From an uncultured Mycoplasma sp. (GTDB taxonomy: Bacteria; Bacillota_I; Bacilli_A; RF39; UBA660): a stretch of DNA of 50,400 nucleotides. A program made the position numbers and the translations under genes. Positions 16,196-26,540 of the stretch are shown one piece after another. The DNA lies in contig CAZCLV010000001.1 of the NCBI GenBank assembly GCA_964499645.1, positions 1 through 50,400 of the forward strand, read 5' to 3'. Every line of letters begins with the position of its first letter. The stretch's first letter is position 1. Under the pieces are notes generated by a model that searched no databases, was not told where the DNA came from, and saw only the letters and a program-made list of their open reading frames with translations.

Positions 16196-17968
16196 TTATT
16201 TTTCTTCAAATGTAGTTGGTTCATCAGTATCAGGAATAGGTACTATTTCTGCAGGTCTTTTAAATATTTGTGTATCTTGATTTAAAATTAGTTTTTTTCC
16301 TTTTAATGTTGCTACTGAATCTTGACTTACTATTTGATCTATACCACTTTTTTTAAATATTTTATTTTTAAATATTAATAGTATTGTTCCTACTCCTACT
16401 ATTATTCCACCTGCTATATATAAAGCTAAACTTAAATAGCTTTTATCTTTAATAATATTTATTTGATATATTTTAGATTTACCATCTTCACTAGTAACTA
16501 CTATTTTTATCTTACTTTCATTTTTTAAATCTTTATTACCTATTATTTTAACAACTGCAGTTTCATCTTCTAATGTATAACTAATACTTAAAGCATCTTC
16601 TTTTTTAATTTTTAAATCATATTCTAATACTTCTTTATTAAAATTTATATCATAATTACTTATTACTAATGCTTTTAAATAATTATTAGTAGATAATGTT
16701 TTACCTGATTCTAATCTTGTGACATTAATAATATAGTTTCGTACTGAATTATTTTGAGCAGTAACTTTTATTGTAAATTTATTTAATCCTACTTTTAAAG
16801 ATTTAATACCATATACTTCCATTTTAGCAGTTTCATCTTCAGCAATACCAGAAACTTCCATTTCTAACACATCATATAAAACATTTATATTATATTCTAA
16901 TATGTTCTTATCAAATTGAAGTTGTCCACTTGTTAAAGCAATACTTTTTAAATAATTATTAGAACTATCATCACTTCTTGTAATATTTAGTGTATATGTT
17001 CTTGTTTCACCTTTTTCTGATTTAACTTGGATAAAAAAGGTATTTAATCCTATTTCCAAATTGACAGTTCTTGGTCCATAGTCTGTAATAAAAGATGCAT
17101 TTGAATGTTCTTTTTCTGCCATTATTTCAATAGTTTTTATATTAGATGAAACTGCAACATCATAAGCAAGATTTGTTTTATTAAATCCTGGCTTTAGTTC
17201 TCCAATAGATAGACTTAATGAAGAAAGAAAATTATCTTGACTTCTTTCATCTTGTCTTGTAATTCTTAAAGTATATATTTTTTCTTTATTATTTTCTGAT
17301 ACTACTATTATTTGATAATCTTTTGTTCCATAATTTAAAGTAATTGTTCTTGGTGCATAATTTGTTTTAAATGTAGCAGTATTATCTGCTTTTGTAGCAC
17401 TTATTATTGCAGAGGTTTGATTTATTTCAATAGAATATATTCTATCTGTATTACTATTTAGATCAATTGTTTTTCCTGCTACTGATAAAGAACTTAAATT
17501 ATTATTTGATGATAATATTTTTATAGTATTAGATCTTACTTGTGATGTAAGACTTCCACCACTTAATGATATTGTTTTATTTCCAGCACTTGCATTTGTA
17601 TTAACTTTAAATTCTAACGTTGCTATTTGTAATGTTCCAGAAAAACCTATTAAGTTATTTTCTTCATCTTCTTGATATGTATTGTTTATTAAATCTATAC
17701 TTGTATTTGAATTACTAGTCCAATTTGTGGCAGGAGTTATTTTTGTTAATTGAAATTCAGAAGCAGAAATACTTGCACTAAAAGAATTCATATTAGAAAA
17801 AGTTTCTTCTCCTTCTAATGTATTAGTAATTGTAACATTACATATTACAGTATTTCCAACATTAACTGTACTGGGATTGCATGCCATTGTTGATGTTAAA
17901 TTTGCTGCTTTTGTTACAAAGGGGAACAAAAAAAACAGCATACTAAATATGATAAACTTTTTTTTCAT
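16196..17968 (-). CDS. Secreted, C-terminally membrane-anchored protein with an N-terminal cohesin/Ig-like region and four cadherin-like beta-sandwich repeats
   Basis: Signal peptide MKKKFIIFSMLFFLFPFVTKA. Four repeats start NN(N/Y/F)L(S/K)SL...Y(D/N/S)(V/I)xV. TM helix LALYIAGGIIVGVGTILLIF near the C-terminus. Confidence 0.7.
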   Translation of the reverse strand: MKKKFIIFSMLFFLFPFVTKAANLTSTMACNPSTVNVGNTVICNVTITNTLEGEETFSNMNSFSASISASEFQLTKITPATNWTSNSNTSIDLINNTYQEDEENNLIGFSGTLQIATLEFKVNTNASAGNKTISLSGGSLTSQVRSNTIKILSSNNNLSSLSVAGKTIDLNSNTDRIYSIEINQTSAIISATKADNTATFKTNYAPRTITLNYGTKDYQIIVVSENNKEKIYTLRITRQDERSQDNFLSSLSLSIGELKPGFNKTNLAYDVAVSSNIKTIEIMAEKEHSNASFITDYGPRTVNLEIGLNTFFIQVKSEKGETRTYTLNITRSDDSSNNYLKSIALTSGQLQFDKNILEYNINVLYDVLEMEVSGIAEDETAKMEVYGIKSLKVGLNKFTIKVTAQNNSVRNYIINVTRLESGKTLSTNNYLKALVISNYDINFNKEVLEYDLKIKKEDALSISYTLEDETAVVKIIGNKDLKNESKIKIVVTSEDGKSKIYQINIIKDKSYLSLALYIAGGIIVGVGTILLIFKNKIFKKSGIDQIVSQDSVATLKGKKLILNQDTQIFKRPAEIVPIPDTDEPTTFEEK

Positions 17969-18117
17969 ATTTTCACTCCTATTTTTATTCTATTTTATAC
18001 TTATATAATACCACTATTTTTTATTATCTTCAACTTTTAATTTTATATGTTAATTATTTTATTATATAATTATTACAATTTATTTACATACATATAATAA
18101 CTTGAAAGGAGATAATA

Positions 18118-18849
18118 ATGAATTGTAACGATAATTATAAAAAAGAAATAGTTCAATTAATTAGATATTGTCCAGTAAAGGGTCCTACTGGTCCTACTGG
18201 TCCTAGTGGTGGACCAACTGGGCCAACTGGACCAACTGGATCCACAGGAACTACTGGACCAACTGGGCCAACCGGACCAACTGGATCCACAGGAACTACT
18301 GGACCAACTGGGCCAACCGGACCAACTGGACCAACTGGTAGCAATGCAAATACAACTGCTTGTTTTTGTGTTAATCAAATGAGAAATATTATTCAACAAA
18401 TAATAACCTTGTATCCAAATGATACTTTAATTGTTGCAATGGAAAGTGGAAATAATGTTAGTGGTAGAGTTGGTTCTTTATTACCATTACCAAATAGTAA
18501 TCCTAATTCTGGGCTTTTACAATTAATTAATAATCAAGGCACTCCTGAAGAAGCTCTTTCAATATGTAGAATTGCAGCAATTACAATAACAAGCAGTACT
18601 TATAATAATAGCATTACATATTTACCTGCACCATCACCACTTCCAACAGGTTGTGACTCAAATTGTGAATCAGCTATTCGTACATACTTACCAGTGGGAA
18701 CAACAAGTGTAGATATTAAATCTGGTGGACAAACAGTAGCTCAAGGCACAATCTTAAAAAGTGAATACGGTATGGTTGTAGTAGTTGGTAATAATAACAG
18801 TAACCCTACTTTTGTTTCTTTATGTAAAGCAGAAATTATAAATAAATAA
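18118..18849 (+). CDS. Collagen-like triple-helix repeat protein (BclA-type exosporium/surface glycoprotein-like)
   Basis: About 19 G-X-Y triplets ([12 protein letters not shown]) at residues 22-79, followed by a globular C-terminal domain of about 165 aa. Confidence 0.8.
   Translation: MNCNDNYKKEIVQLIRYCPVKGPTGPTGPSGGPTGPTGPTGSTGTTGPTGPTGPTGSTGTTGPTGPTGPTGPTGSNANTTACFCVNQMRNIIQQIITLYPNDTLIVAMESGNNVSGRVGSLLPLPNSNPNSGLLQLINNQGTPEEALSICRIAAITITSSTYNNSITYLPAPSPLPTGCDSNCESAIRTYLPVGTTSVDIKSGGQTVAQGTILKSEYGMVVVVGNNNSNPTFVSLCKAEIINK
18241..18330 (+). repeat. Perfect 45-bp tandem duplication inside the collagen-like repeat region
   Basis: 18241-18285 is identical to 18286-18330 (TCCACAGGAACTACTGGACCAACTGGGCCAACCGGACCAACTGGA). 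Confidence 0.9.
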
Positions 18850-18864
18850 TATACCATTAAAAAA

Positions 18865-18891
18865 CTGAGTAGTTGCATGATACTCAGTTTT
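18865..18891 (+). terminator. Intrinsic terminator of the collagen-like gene
   Basis: CTGAGTA/TACTCAG stem followed by TTTT. Confidence 0.65.
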
Positions 18892-18904
18892 AAATTTCAA
18901 AAAT

Positions 18905-18979
18905 TGGAGCAAATGACCGGGATCGAACCGGCATCCTAGCCTTGGCAAGGCCATGTACTAACCATTGTACTACATCTGC
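18905..18979 (-). tRNA. tRNA-Gly (anticodon GCC), CCA encoded
   Basis: Hand-folded cloverleaf: acceptor GCAGATG/CATTTGC, D stem GTAC/GTAC, anticodon loop TTGCCAA, T loop TTCGATC, 3' TCCA. Confidence 0.9.
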
Positions 18980-18996
18980 AAAAATAATATATTGAT

Positions 18997-19025
18997 ATAA
19001 TAACATTTTTATTTTTAAAAATCAA
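18997..19025 (-). promoter_or_regulatory. Sigma-A-type promoter upstream of tRNA-Gly
   Basis: Minus strand TTGATT, 17-nt spacer, TATTAT. Confidence 0.5.
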
Positions 19026-19038
19026 TATATCATATTTA

Positions 19039-19884
19039 TTATTTTATTTTATCCTTAATATTTAATGAAGCATTATAAATATCTTTTTTAGATAATTTAT
19101 TATCTTTTTTGTTTAATAAATCAATTGCTTCCTTCATACTTACATTTTCTTTTATAATTATATCTAATAATCTTGCTTCTAGTGAAATATTTTGTTCTTC
19201 TTGTTCTTGTTGTTTCTTTTCAATAATAAAAGTATATTCTCCTAAAGAAGAATTAGGATTATTATTTATTTCTTCTAATACTTTATCTATTGAACCAAAA
19301 TAAGTTTTTTCATGTAATTTAGTTAAATCAGAACAAATACAAATATTAAACTCTATTAATTCTTGTTTTAAATATTCTAAAGTTTTTAATATTCTTTTTG
19401 GTGATTCATAAAATATAAATAAGTTTATATCACTTTTTTTAATATTTTCTATTAAATCTTTTTTATCTTTTGTTTCTCTAGGAAAAAATCCATAAAAACT
19501 AAAACTTTTAGTATTTAATCCACTTACTGATAAAGCTGTAATAACAGCACTTATTCCACCTACTCCAATAACTTCAATATTATTTTTTCTTGCTTCATTT
19601 ACTAAAATATAACCAGGATCTGAAATACATGGAGTTCCTGCATCAGTGATTAAAGCAACATCTTTAGTTTCTAAATCTTTTATAATACTTAAAGTCTTTT
19701 CTTTTTCATTAAATTTATGATACGAAAGTAACTTATTTTTTATATCATAATGATTTAATAAAATTAAACTATGTCTAGTATCTTCACAAAGAATAATATC
19801 AACTTCTTTTAAAGTATCTATTGCTCTTTTAGAAAAATCATTTAAATTACCTATTGGAGTAGCTACTACATATAATTTACCCAT
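19039..19884 (-). CDS. rsmI: 16S rRNA (cytidine1402-2'-O)-methyltransferase RsmI
   Basis: GKLYVVATPIGNLNDFS...ILCEDTRHS N-terminus, tetrapyrrole-methylase fold length. Confidence 0.9.
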   Translation of the reverse strand: MGKLYVVATPIGNLNDFSKRAIDTLKEVDIILCEDTRHSLILLNHYDIKNKLLSYHKFNEKEKTLSIIKDLETKDVALITDAGTPCISDPGYILVNEARKNNIEVIGVGGISAVITALSVSGLNTKSFSFYGFFPRETKDKKDLIENIKKSDINLFIFYESPKRILKTLEYLKQELIEFNICICSDLTKLHEKTYFGSIDKVLEEINNNPNSSLGEYTFIIEKKQQEQEEQNISLEARLLDIIIKENVSMKEAIDLLNKKDNKLSKKDIYNASLNIKDKIK

Positions 19885-19885
19885 A

Positions 19886-22441
19886 TTATTTTTCTTCCTT
19901 TTCTACTTCTTTTTTTAATTCATCTAATATATTTAATGCTTCTAATGGTGTAATAGAAATTGGATTTATTTCTTTTAATCTTTTTTCTATTACATTTTCT
20001 TTTGTTTCATTAAAATCAAAAGATAGTGATGTTTGCTTATAGTTTTCTTTTATTGATTTTTTATTTTCATAAATATTTAATATTTCTTCTGCTCTATCAA
20101 TAATCTTTTTTGGTAAATTAACTAAACTAGCTACATGAATACCATAACTTTTATCAACAGCACCTGGTTTAATTTTATGTAAGAAAGTAATACTACCATT
20201 TTCTTCTATAGCAGAAACATGAATGTTTTTTAAACCTCTTAGTTCTTTTTCTAATACTGTTAATTCATGATAATGAGTTGAAAACAATGTTTTGGCTTTA
20301 ACATTATCATGAATATATTCAAGAATTGATCTAGCTAGACTCATCCCATCATAAGTAGCAGTTCCTCTACCTAATTCATCAAATAATATTAAACTATTTT
20401 TAGTAGCATTAGATACAGCATTATTTGCCTCTTTCATTTCTACCATAAAAGTAGATTCTCCTGATACTAAATCGTCACTTGCTCCAATTCTTGTAAATAT
20501 TTTATCAAATATTGGTATTTTTGCTTCTTTACAAGGTACAAAAGAACCCATTTGAGCCATTATTATAGTTATTGCTAACATTCTCATATAAGTTGATTTA
20601 CCACTCATATTTGGTCCTGTAATAAGTAATATATTAGTTTTTTCATCCATTATTATATCATTAGGTACATATTCACTTTTAGATACTTTTTCAACTACTG
20701 GATGTCTACAATCTTTTATATAAATATTTCTTTCATCTATTAAAGTTGGTCTTACATAATTATTTTCTTCTGCCACTACTGCAAGTGATTGTAATACATC
20801 TATTTCACTAATTATATTAGCAATATTTTGTATTTTAGGAATATAAGTTCTAACTATATCTCTTATTTCAATAAATAAATTATATTCCATAGCCATACTT
20901 TTTTCTTCACTATTTAGAATTAAATCTTCTTTTTCTTTTAATTCAGGAGTTATATATCTTTCACAATTAGCAAGAGTTTGTTTTCTTGTATAATTATATT
21001 CATCTTTAATAAATTGAGTTTGTCCATTAGATACTTCTATATAATATCCAAATATTTTATTAAAACCTACTCTTAGATTTTTTATTCCAGTTCTTTCTTT
21101 TTCTTTATGTTCAAGTGCAATAATAAAATCTTTACCACCACTAGATAAATCTTTTAATTCATCTAATTCTTTATTATAACCTTTCTTTATTATATTTCCT
21201 TCTTTAATAGTTATTGGAGCATCTTCATTTATACTTTTATCTAATAACTTATATAAATCTTCTAATGATTCTAATTCTTTATCATATTTTAATTCATTTA
21301 ATATTTTCTTTATATAAGGTAAAGTACCAATAGAGTTTTTTAATTGAATTAGATCTCTACCATTTAAATTACCATAACTTATTCTTCCTGATAATCTTTC
21401 TAAATCATATACATTATTTAATAATTCTCTTAATTCTTCTTTTAAAATAAATTCTGTTAATAAAGTTGATATTAAATTATATCTTCTTTCTATTTCATTT
21501 TTCTCTATTAAGGGATTCTCAATATAATTTTTTAGTGTTCTAGATCCCATAGCAGTTTTAGTCTTATCTAATAACCATAATAAAGAATATGTTCTTTCTT
21601 TTAATCTTAATGTTTCTACAAGTTCAAGATTTCTTTTTGAATATACATCTAATTCTAAATATTTATTTTTATCAATAATTTGTACTTTTTTTAAATGAGA
21701 TAAATTACCTAGTTTTGTTTCATTTAAATAATATAATAAATGTTTTATAGAATTTATTATTCTGATATCTTTTATATCTTCATATATATATGAAAAAATA
21801 TTATTTTCTTCTAAATCATCTTTTATAGTAATTAAAATATTATAGCTTTCTCTTAATGTATTAATTAGTTTTCTATCTATTGCATTATTCACTAATAATT
21901 CTTTTATATCTAATCTTATTATTTCATTTATTAATTTATCTATATCATAACTTATTAATTCTGTATAAAAATCTCCTGTTGTTATATCTGTATAACTAAT
22001 TGCATAACAATGACCATAATCATAGATGCTTCCTATATAGTTATTGCTTTTTTCGTCTAAACTAGCGCCTTCCATTAAAGTACCTTTAGTTACTACTTGA
22101 ATTATGCCTCTTTCTACAACTCCTTTTTGAGTTGGATCAGATAGTTGTTCTACTATACATACTTTATATCCTTTATTAACAAGTTTTTCTAAGTATGGTA
22201 AATAAGCATGAAAAGGTATACCACACATTGGAACTCTTTCATCTATACCACAATTCTTACCTGTTAAAGTAAGTTCTAGTTCATGAGATGCAGTAATAGC
22301 ATCTTCAAAAAACATTTCATAAAAATCTCCTAGACGAAAAAAGACAATAGCGTCTTCTTGACTATCTTTTATATTCATATATTGTTTCATCATCGGAGAT
22401 AATAGTTCTCTATTTACTTCATTTCTTTTCATGTCAAACAC
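19886..22441 (-). CDS. mutS: DNA mismatch repair protein MutS
   Basis: TPMMKQY-type N-terminus (SPMMKQY), GPNMSGKSTYMR Walker A, about 850 aa. Confidence 0.95.
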   Translation of the reverse strand: MFDMKRNEVNRELLSPMMKQYMNIKDSQEDAIVFFRLGDFYEMFFEDAITASHELELTLTGKNCGIDERVPMCGIPFHAYLPYLEKLVNKGYKVCIVEQLSDPTQKGVVERGIIQVVTKGTLMEGASLDEKSNNYIGSIYDYGHCYAISYTDITTGDFYTELISYDIDKLINEIIRLDIKELLVNNAIDRKLINTLRESYNILITIKDDLEENNIFSYIYEDIKDIRIINSIKHLLYYLNETKLGNLSHLKKVQIIDKNKYLELDVYSKRNLELVETLRLKERTYSLLWLLDKTKTAMGSRTLKNYIENPLIEKNEIERRYNLISTLLTEFILKEELRELLNNVYDLERLSGRISYGNLNGRDLIQLKNSIGTLPYIKKILNELKYDKELESLEDLYKLLDKSINEDAPITIKEGNIIKKGYNKELDELKDLSSGGKDFIIALEHKEKERTGIKNLRVGFNKIFGYYIEVSNGQTQFIKDEYNYTRKQTLANCERYITPELKEKEDLILNSEEKSMAMEYNLFIEIRDIVRTYIPKIQNIANIISEIDVLQSLAVVAEENNYVRPTLIDERNIYIKDCRHPVVEKVSKSEYVPNDIIMDEKTNILLITGPNMSGKSTYMRMLAITIIMAQMGSFVPCKEAKIPIFDKIFTRIGASDDLVSGESTFMVEMKEANNAVSNATKNSLILFDELGRGTATYDGMSLARSILEYIHDNVKAKTLFSTHYHELTVLEKELRGLKNIHVSAIEENGSITFLHKIKPGAVDKSYGIHVASLVNLPKKIIDRAEEILNIYENKKSIKENYKQTSLSFDFNETKENVIEKRLKEINPISITPLEALNILDELKKEVEKEEK

Positions 22442-22468
22442 CTAACTAAATTATAACAAAAGAATAGA

Positions 22469-22924
22469 CTAAATTCTATTCTTTTTCACTAATTTTTCTA
22501 TTTCTCTGTTTCTTTGTTCTTCTTCAAAAAGTGCTATTTTTCTTTCTTTATCAATTCTGGCTTTTTTATTAAAAAATGCTGCTCCAAAGTAAGTTAATTT
22601 TTTATCAGAGTAATAACTTTGTATATTTTTTATTGTTACTTCAATAAAACAGTCTTCAATATTTTCTGGAAGTTCATCTAACATACTTATAAATTGGTTA
22701 TATTTAATTATCTTTTCTTTTTCAAATCCTTCTTCAAATAGTTGTTCTTTTGAATATAAAGGAAAAACTAATGATGTGTTTTTTGGATTAAAATTCATAT
22801 CTTTTCTGGTATTGAAAGCTGGAATTGAACAAACTTTTAACTTTAATGCTTCGCTTTTTACATAATATGGAACACTTTTTAATTCATAATCTCCTACTGG
22901 TCTATAAAATACTTCTTGCTTCAT
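22469..22924 (-). CDS. Hypothetical protein (151 aa), no recognised motif
   Basis: Long ORF co-directional with its neighbours. No family recognised by eye. Confidence 0.55.
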   Translation of the reverse strand: MKQEVFYRPVGDYELKSVPYYVKSEALKLKVCSIPAFNTRKDMNFNPKNTSLVFPLYSKEQLFEEGFEKEKIIKYNQFISMLDELPENIEDCFIEVTIKNIQSYYSDKKLTYFGAAFFNKKARIDKERKIALFEEEQRNREIEKLVKKNRI

Positions 22925-22933
22925 ATACTTCTC

Positions 22934-23944
22934 CTATTTTAATAGTTCTAACGCTTCATCAAACGTAGAAACTGGTAATAACTTAATATTATAATTATTT
23001 TCTTTTATAAAAGCAAGAGCTTCTTTATAGTTTTCTTTGGGTAAAATAAATATATCTGCATTCTCATTAATAGCACCTTTTATTTTATAAGTTATACCTC
23101 CTATTTCACCAACATTTCCATCTTTATCTATTGTACCTGTTCCTACAATAGTTTTACCTTTTGTAATATCTTCTTCTATTAATTTATTATATATCTCTAA
23201 AGCAGTAATTAATCCCCCTGATGGACCTAATTCATTATTAGAAAACTTAAATGTTACTTTAGGATTTGTTTCATATTCATATTTTATTGAAGCTGCTATG
23301 CCTATTTTTTTAGTATTATTATAACTAAATATTGTACTTGTACAAATAATTTCTTTATTATTTCTTAACACTTTTATTGTTAACTTATCTCCTAAATTCT
23401 TTTTATTAACAATATTTGATATTTTATCTATAGAATTAACTTTTATATTATCAACTGATATTATTTGATCATTTGTTTTAACATCTGTTAAGATCCCATC
23501 CATTATATATGAAACAATAAATTTTTCTTCTGTTATTTTAATTAATTTATTTGCTTTTTTAAATGCTACAATAGTAGCATTGTCTAATGAAGATAAGAAA
23601 TAAGTTCTTTCCCTTTCATTATACTCTTCTCTTGTTTCGTTATCTAAGGTCTCTTCTTTAATAGAATTAACTTTATAATTTGGATTTATTTTACCTATTA
23701 TATAAGTTAATACATTTCCTCTTAGTTCTTTTACATATGCTAAAGAAAAAGAGCCATTTATTTTTTGTTGTTTTGCTACAATAATTTTATCCTTTATTGC
23801 AATTGTTCCTCCGCCAATTGTTATTGTATAATCAACTGGTATTAAAAGAATAATAGTTATTATTATTGGAATAAAAAATATTATTAGTTCTTTAGGATTA
23901 CAATAAAATTCTTTTAATTTATTATAAAATTTTTTAATATTCAT
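22934..23944 (-). CDS. YlbL/SepM-type membrane serine protease (PDZ plus Lon-like S16 domain)
   Basis: GPSGGLITALEIY catalytic Ser motif, N-terminal TM, PDZ-like middle region. ATG 23944 has a GGAG SD, whereas track start 24106 would overlap the divergent gene. Confidence 0.8.
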   Translation of the reverse strand: MNIKKFYNKLKEFYCNPKELIIFFIPIIITIILLIPVDYTITIGGGTIAIKDKIIVAKQQKINGSFSLAYVKELRGNVLTYIIGKINPNYKVNSIKEETLDNETREEYNERERTYFLSSLDNATIVAFKKANKLIKITEEKFIVSYIMDGILTDVKTNDQIISVDNIKVNSIDKISNIVNKKNLGDKLTIKVLRNNKEIICTSTIFSYNNTKKIGIAASIKYEYETNPKVTFKFSNNELGPSGGLITALEIYNKLIEEDITKGKTIVGTGTIDKDGNVGEIGGITYKIKGAINENADIFILPKENYKEALAFIKENNYNIKLLPVSTFDEALELLK

Positions 23945-23993
23945 ATTTTTCTCCTTATTTCTTAATATAATTATAACAAGAAAGAAGAAAAAT

Positions 23994-24959
23994 ATGAAAA
24001 AAAATATATTTCCTTTGACATTTATTTTATTTATTTGTTTTATTATTATCAATATTTTTTGTAATTCCCTAAAAATAAACAATATAATTCTTTTTAGTAT
24101 GAACATATTTATTAATAATGTATTTCCTTCTTTATTTCCAATGTTTGTTATAAGTAATTTATTAATTGTAATTGGTATACCAGAATTTTTAGGTAATTTA
24201 TTTTCAAAAGTTATGACAAAACTATTTAATGTAAAAGGTATTGGCTCATTTGTTTTTTTTATGAGTATGATAAGCGGTTATCCAAGTAATGCAAAATATG
24301 TTAAAGAGCTTTTAGATAAAAAGCTTATTAATGAAGTTGATGCTAATAAAATATTAATGTTTACATGTTTTTCTAATCCTTTATTTATAATTAATACTGT
24401 GGGAATTATGTTCTTTAATAATATAAAAATTGGTTTTTTTATGTTAATCTCACATATTTTAGGTAATTTAATTATAGGTTTATTGTTTAGAAATATTTAT
24501 GTATCAAAAGAAAAAGAAAATTCATTTTCTTTTAAAAAGGAACTAAGTATTTTAAATAATAAAATAAATAATACCAAAATATTTAAAAGTTTTTTAACTA
24601 GTATAAATAACTCTTTATTAACTCTTTTAAATATATTTGGTATTATTACATGTTTTTTAATATTTAGTGAACTTATTAATAATTATATAAAATTAAATCC
24701 TATAATGAATAGTATTCTTATAGGATTATTAGAATTTACAAGTGGATTAAAATCTGTTTCTATTTTAAATATAAGTTTTAAGTTAAAATTATATATTTCT
24801 ATGTTTTTTATATCATTTGGTGGTTTTTCTGTTCATGCCCAAATAATAAATATTTTGGATAATTATAAAATAAATTATATGCTTTTTTTACTTTCTAGAA
24901 TATTACATGGTCTAATTAGTATTATTATTTTATATTTTCTTATTCTTGGATTAGATTAA
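23994..24959 (+). CDS. YlbJ-like sporulation integral membrane protein (nucleoside-recognition/Gate domain)
   Basis: Polytopic membrane protein with FPSLFPMFVIS motif. Divergent from the ylbL-like gene, as in Bacillus. Confidence 0.65.
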   Translation: MKKNIFPLTFILFICFIIINIFCNSLKINNIILFSMNIFINNVFPSLFPMFVISNLLIVIGIPEFLGNLFSKVMTKLFNVKGIGSFVFFMSMISGYPSNAKYVKELLDKKLINEVDANKILMFTCFSNPLFIINTVGIMFFNNIKIGFFMLISHILGNLIIGLLFRNIYVSKEKENSFSFKKELSILNNKINNTKIFKSFLTSINNSLLTLLNIFGIITCFLIFSELINNYIKLNPIMNSILIGLLEFTSGLKSVSILNISFKLKLYISMFFISFGGFSVHAQIINILDNYKINYMLFLLSRILHGLISIIILYFLILGLD

Positions 24960-25458
24960 TTGGATGAATTATTTTTATTCCATAATCTTTATCCTTATCT
25001 ATTTCAAAATATGGGATATTAACAATTAAATAATTGCTTTCAACTTTTATTTCAATTGGATTGGTATTTGTTTTAAACTCAATAAATGCTTGTCTAGGTA
25101 TATCATAAACTATATTATTGTATTTTATAGTTTTATTTACTAAATTTATTTTTAATTCAGTGCTTTCTTTTTCAGTATCTATAAAGCTTATTGTTTTACA
25201 AACTGTATTAGATGATGTTTCTCCTGTATCTAAAGTACAGTTGCCCATTGAACTGTATCCATATTCAATTAAATCTCTACTAATTCTTTCAGTCATTGTA
25301 GTTTTGAACTCTAACATATCTTTTTTAAATGATCTTTCATTAGTTGCATTTCTAACACTAACAATAATTGTTAACATTTCTAATATTAATGCCATCAATA
25401 AAGCAAAAGAAACAATCAATTCTACAAGAGTCATTCCTTTATTATTTAGTTTTTCCAT
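24940..25458 (-). CDS. Prepilin-type N-terminal cleavage/methylation domain protein (pseudopilin)
   Basis: KG|MTLVELIVSFALLMAL class-III signal with Glu+5. ATG 25458 is preceded by a GGTGG SD. Confidence 0.8.
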   Translation of the reverse strand: MEKLNNKGMTLVELIVSFALLMALILEMLTIIVSVRNATNERSFKKDMLEFKTTMTERISRDLIEYGYSSMGNCTLDTGETSSNTVCKTISFIDTEKESTELKINLVNKTIKYNNIVYDIPRQAFIEFKTNTNPIEIKVESNYLIVNIPYFEIDKDKDYGIKIIHPINLIQE

Positions 25459-25471
25459 ATAACCACCTTTT

Positions 25472-26446
25472 CTATTCACAAGGACTTACTGCCCAGCTTG
25501 CCGCATCATTATGTTCATTATCTGCATTCTCTCTAAATCTATACACATTCATTAATTCCCCATTTTTACAGTTACCATTAACTGGGTCACCCACAATAGT
25601 AATATTTGAATAACTTGTTGCAGAGTTTGCCCTACATAATAAATTATTTATACCATCATAACAGTTTGAAGAACCATTATCTGTAACTGTTACGCATTTT
25701 GTAATTGATGCTCCATTAATTTCATCTTGACAATTAAAATAATTACTTTCTTCAGGAGTAGTTGTTTCACAATTTGAAGTATCAAATGTATTACAAGAGT
25801 TTCTAACGTTTCCCCATTCACTCCAATTATTTGTTCCACCAGTTCTATAATTTAAAGAACAATCATTAACTGTATAATTCCATTGTCCATAATTAAATTC
25901 ACTACATATTTTTGAATAAAATGGCATTGTTGTATAACCATCAGTCGTTTTAATTAATAATCTATATAGTTCACCATCTTCATTATCAGAAGTTTTTGAT
26001 AAGTACTTTATATATTTTTTAAATACTGTTCCATCATAATTACTTTTTAACTCTGTAATATTATATTTTGTAAATATTATTTCTTCAATATTTAAGTTTT
26101 CCATATATGAATTACAACTTGTATTAAACCCAGTTACTCCTGAAAAAAGGTTGGAGTTACACTCTCCATTTGTTACAAGTGTTATATAATCTTGTGAATT
26201 CATGCTTGTTAAAAGGCTTGTTTCTTCTGTTGTATTATCATTAAACATTTTTAAATATACCACTCTAGCATAAAATCCTGAATATTGTGCATCAATGTTA
26301 TTATATATCATTCTTGATTCATATTCTCCTAATGCAGGAAAAAAATTTGAGTAAATTGATATAAATACAATTATTATTGCAATAGTAACTGCAAGTAATT
26401 CTACCAACATAAATCCCTTATTATTATTTTTTTTCAAAACAATCAC
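25472..26446 (-). CDS. Large (324 aa) cysteine-rich pseudopilin
   Basis: KG|FMLVELLAVTIAIIIV class-III signal. About 12 Cys in the C-terminal two-thirds. Confidence 0.75.
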   Translation of the reverse strand: MIVLKKNNNKGFMLVELLAVTIAIIIVFISIYSNFFPALGEYESRMIYNNIDAQYSGFYARVVYLKMFNDNTTEETSLLTSMNSQDYITLVTNGECNSNLFSGVTGFNTSCNSYMENLNIEEIIFTKYNITELKSNYDGTVFKKYIKYLSKTSDNEDGELYRLLIKTTDGYTTMPFYSKICSEFNYGQWNYTVNDCSLNYRTGGTNNWSEWGNVRNSCNTFDTSNCETTTPEESNYFNCQDEINGASITKCVTVTDNGSSNCYDGINNLLCRANSATSYSNITIVGDPVNGNCKNGELMNVYRFRENADNEHNDAASWAVSPCE

Positions 26447-26540
26447 CTTTTTTTATTGCTTATATTCTAGATTTATTATATAATATTTTTAGAATAAATA
26501 CTAGATTATTTTAAAAAGAATAACAAAGAGGGAAATTTTT

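Noticed and set aside
18153-18399. Two minus-strand ORFs (PVG- and SSW-rich) opposite the collagen-like repeat
   Set aside because: They are artefacts of the triplet-periodic GGN-CCA-ACT repeat staying open in antisense frames. The plus-strand G-X-Y reading, with an RBS and a globular C-terminal domain, is the coherent gene.
23945-24106. Long N-terminal extension of the YlbL-like protease (track start 24106)
   Set aside because: It would overlap the start and promoter region of the divergent YlbJ-like gene. It encodes poly-Phe/Ile low-complexity sequence. ATG 23944 has a proper SD and gives the expected N-terminal TM.
26447-26540. Regulatory element in the divergent pseudopilin/ATPase intergenic region
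   Set aside because: Only generic AT-rich sequence with weak -10-like hexamers was seen. There was no repeat or palindrome convincing enough to report.
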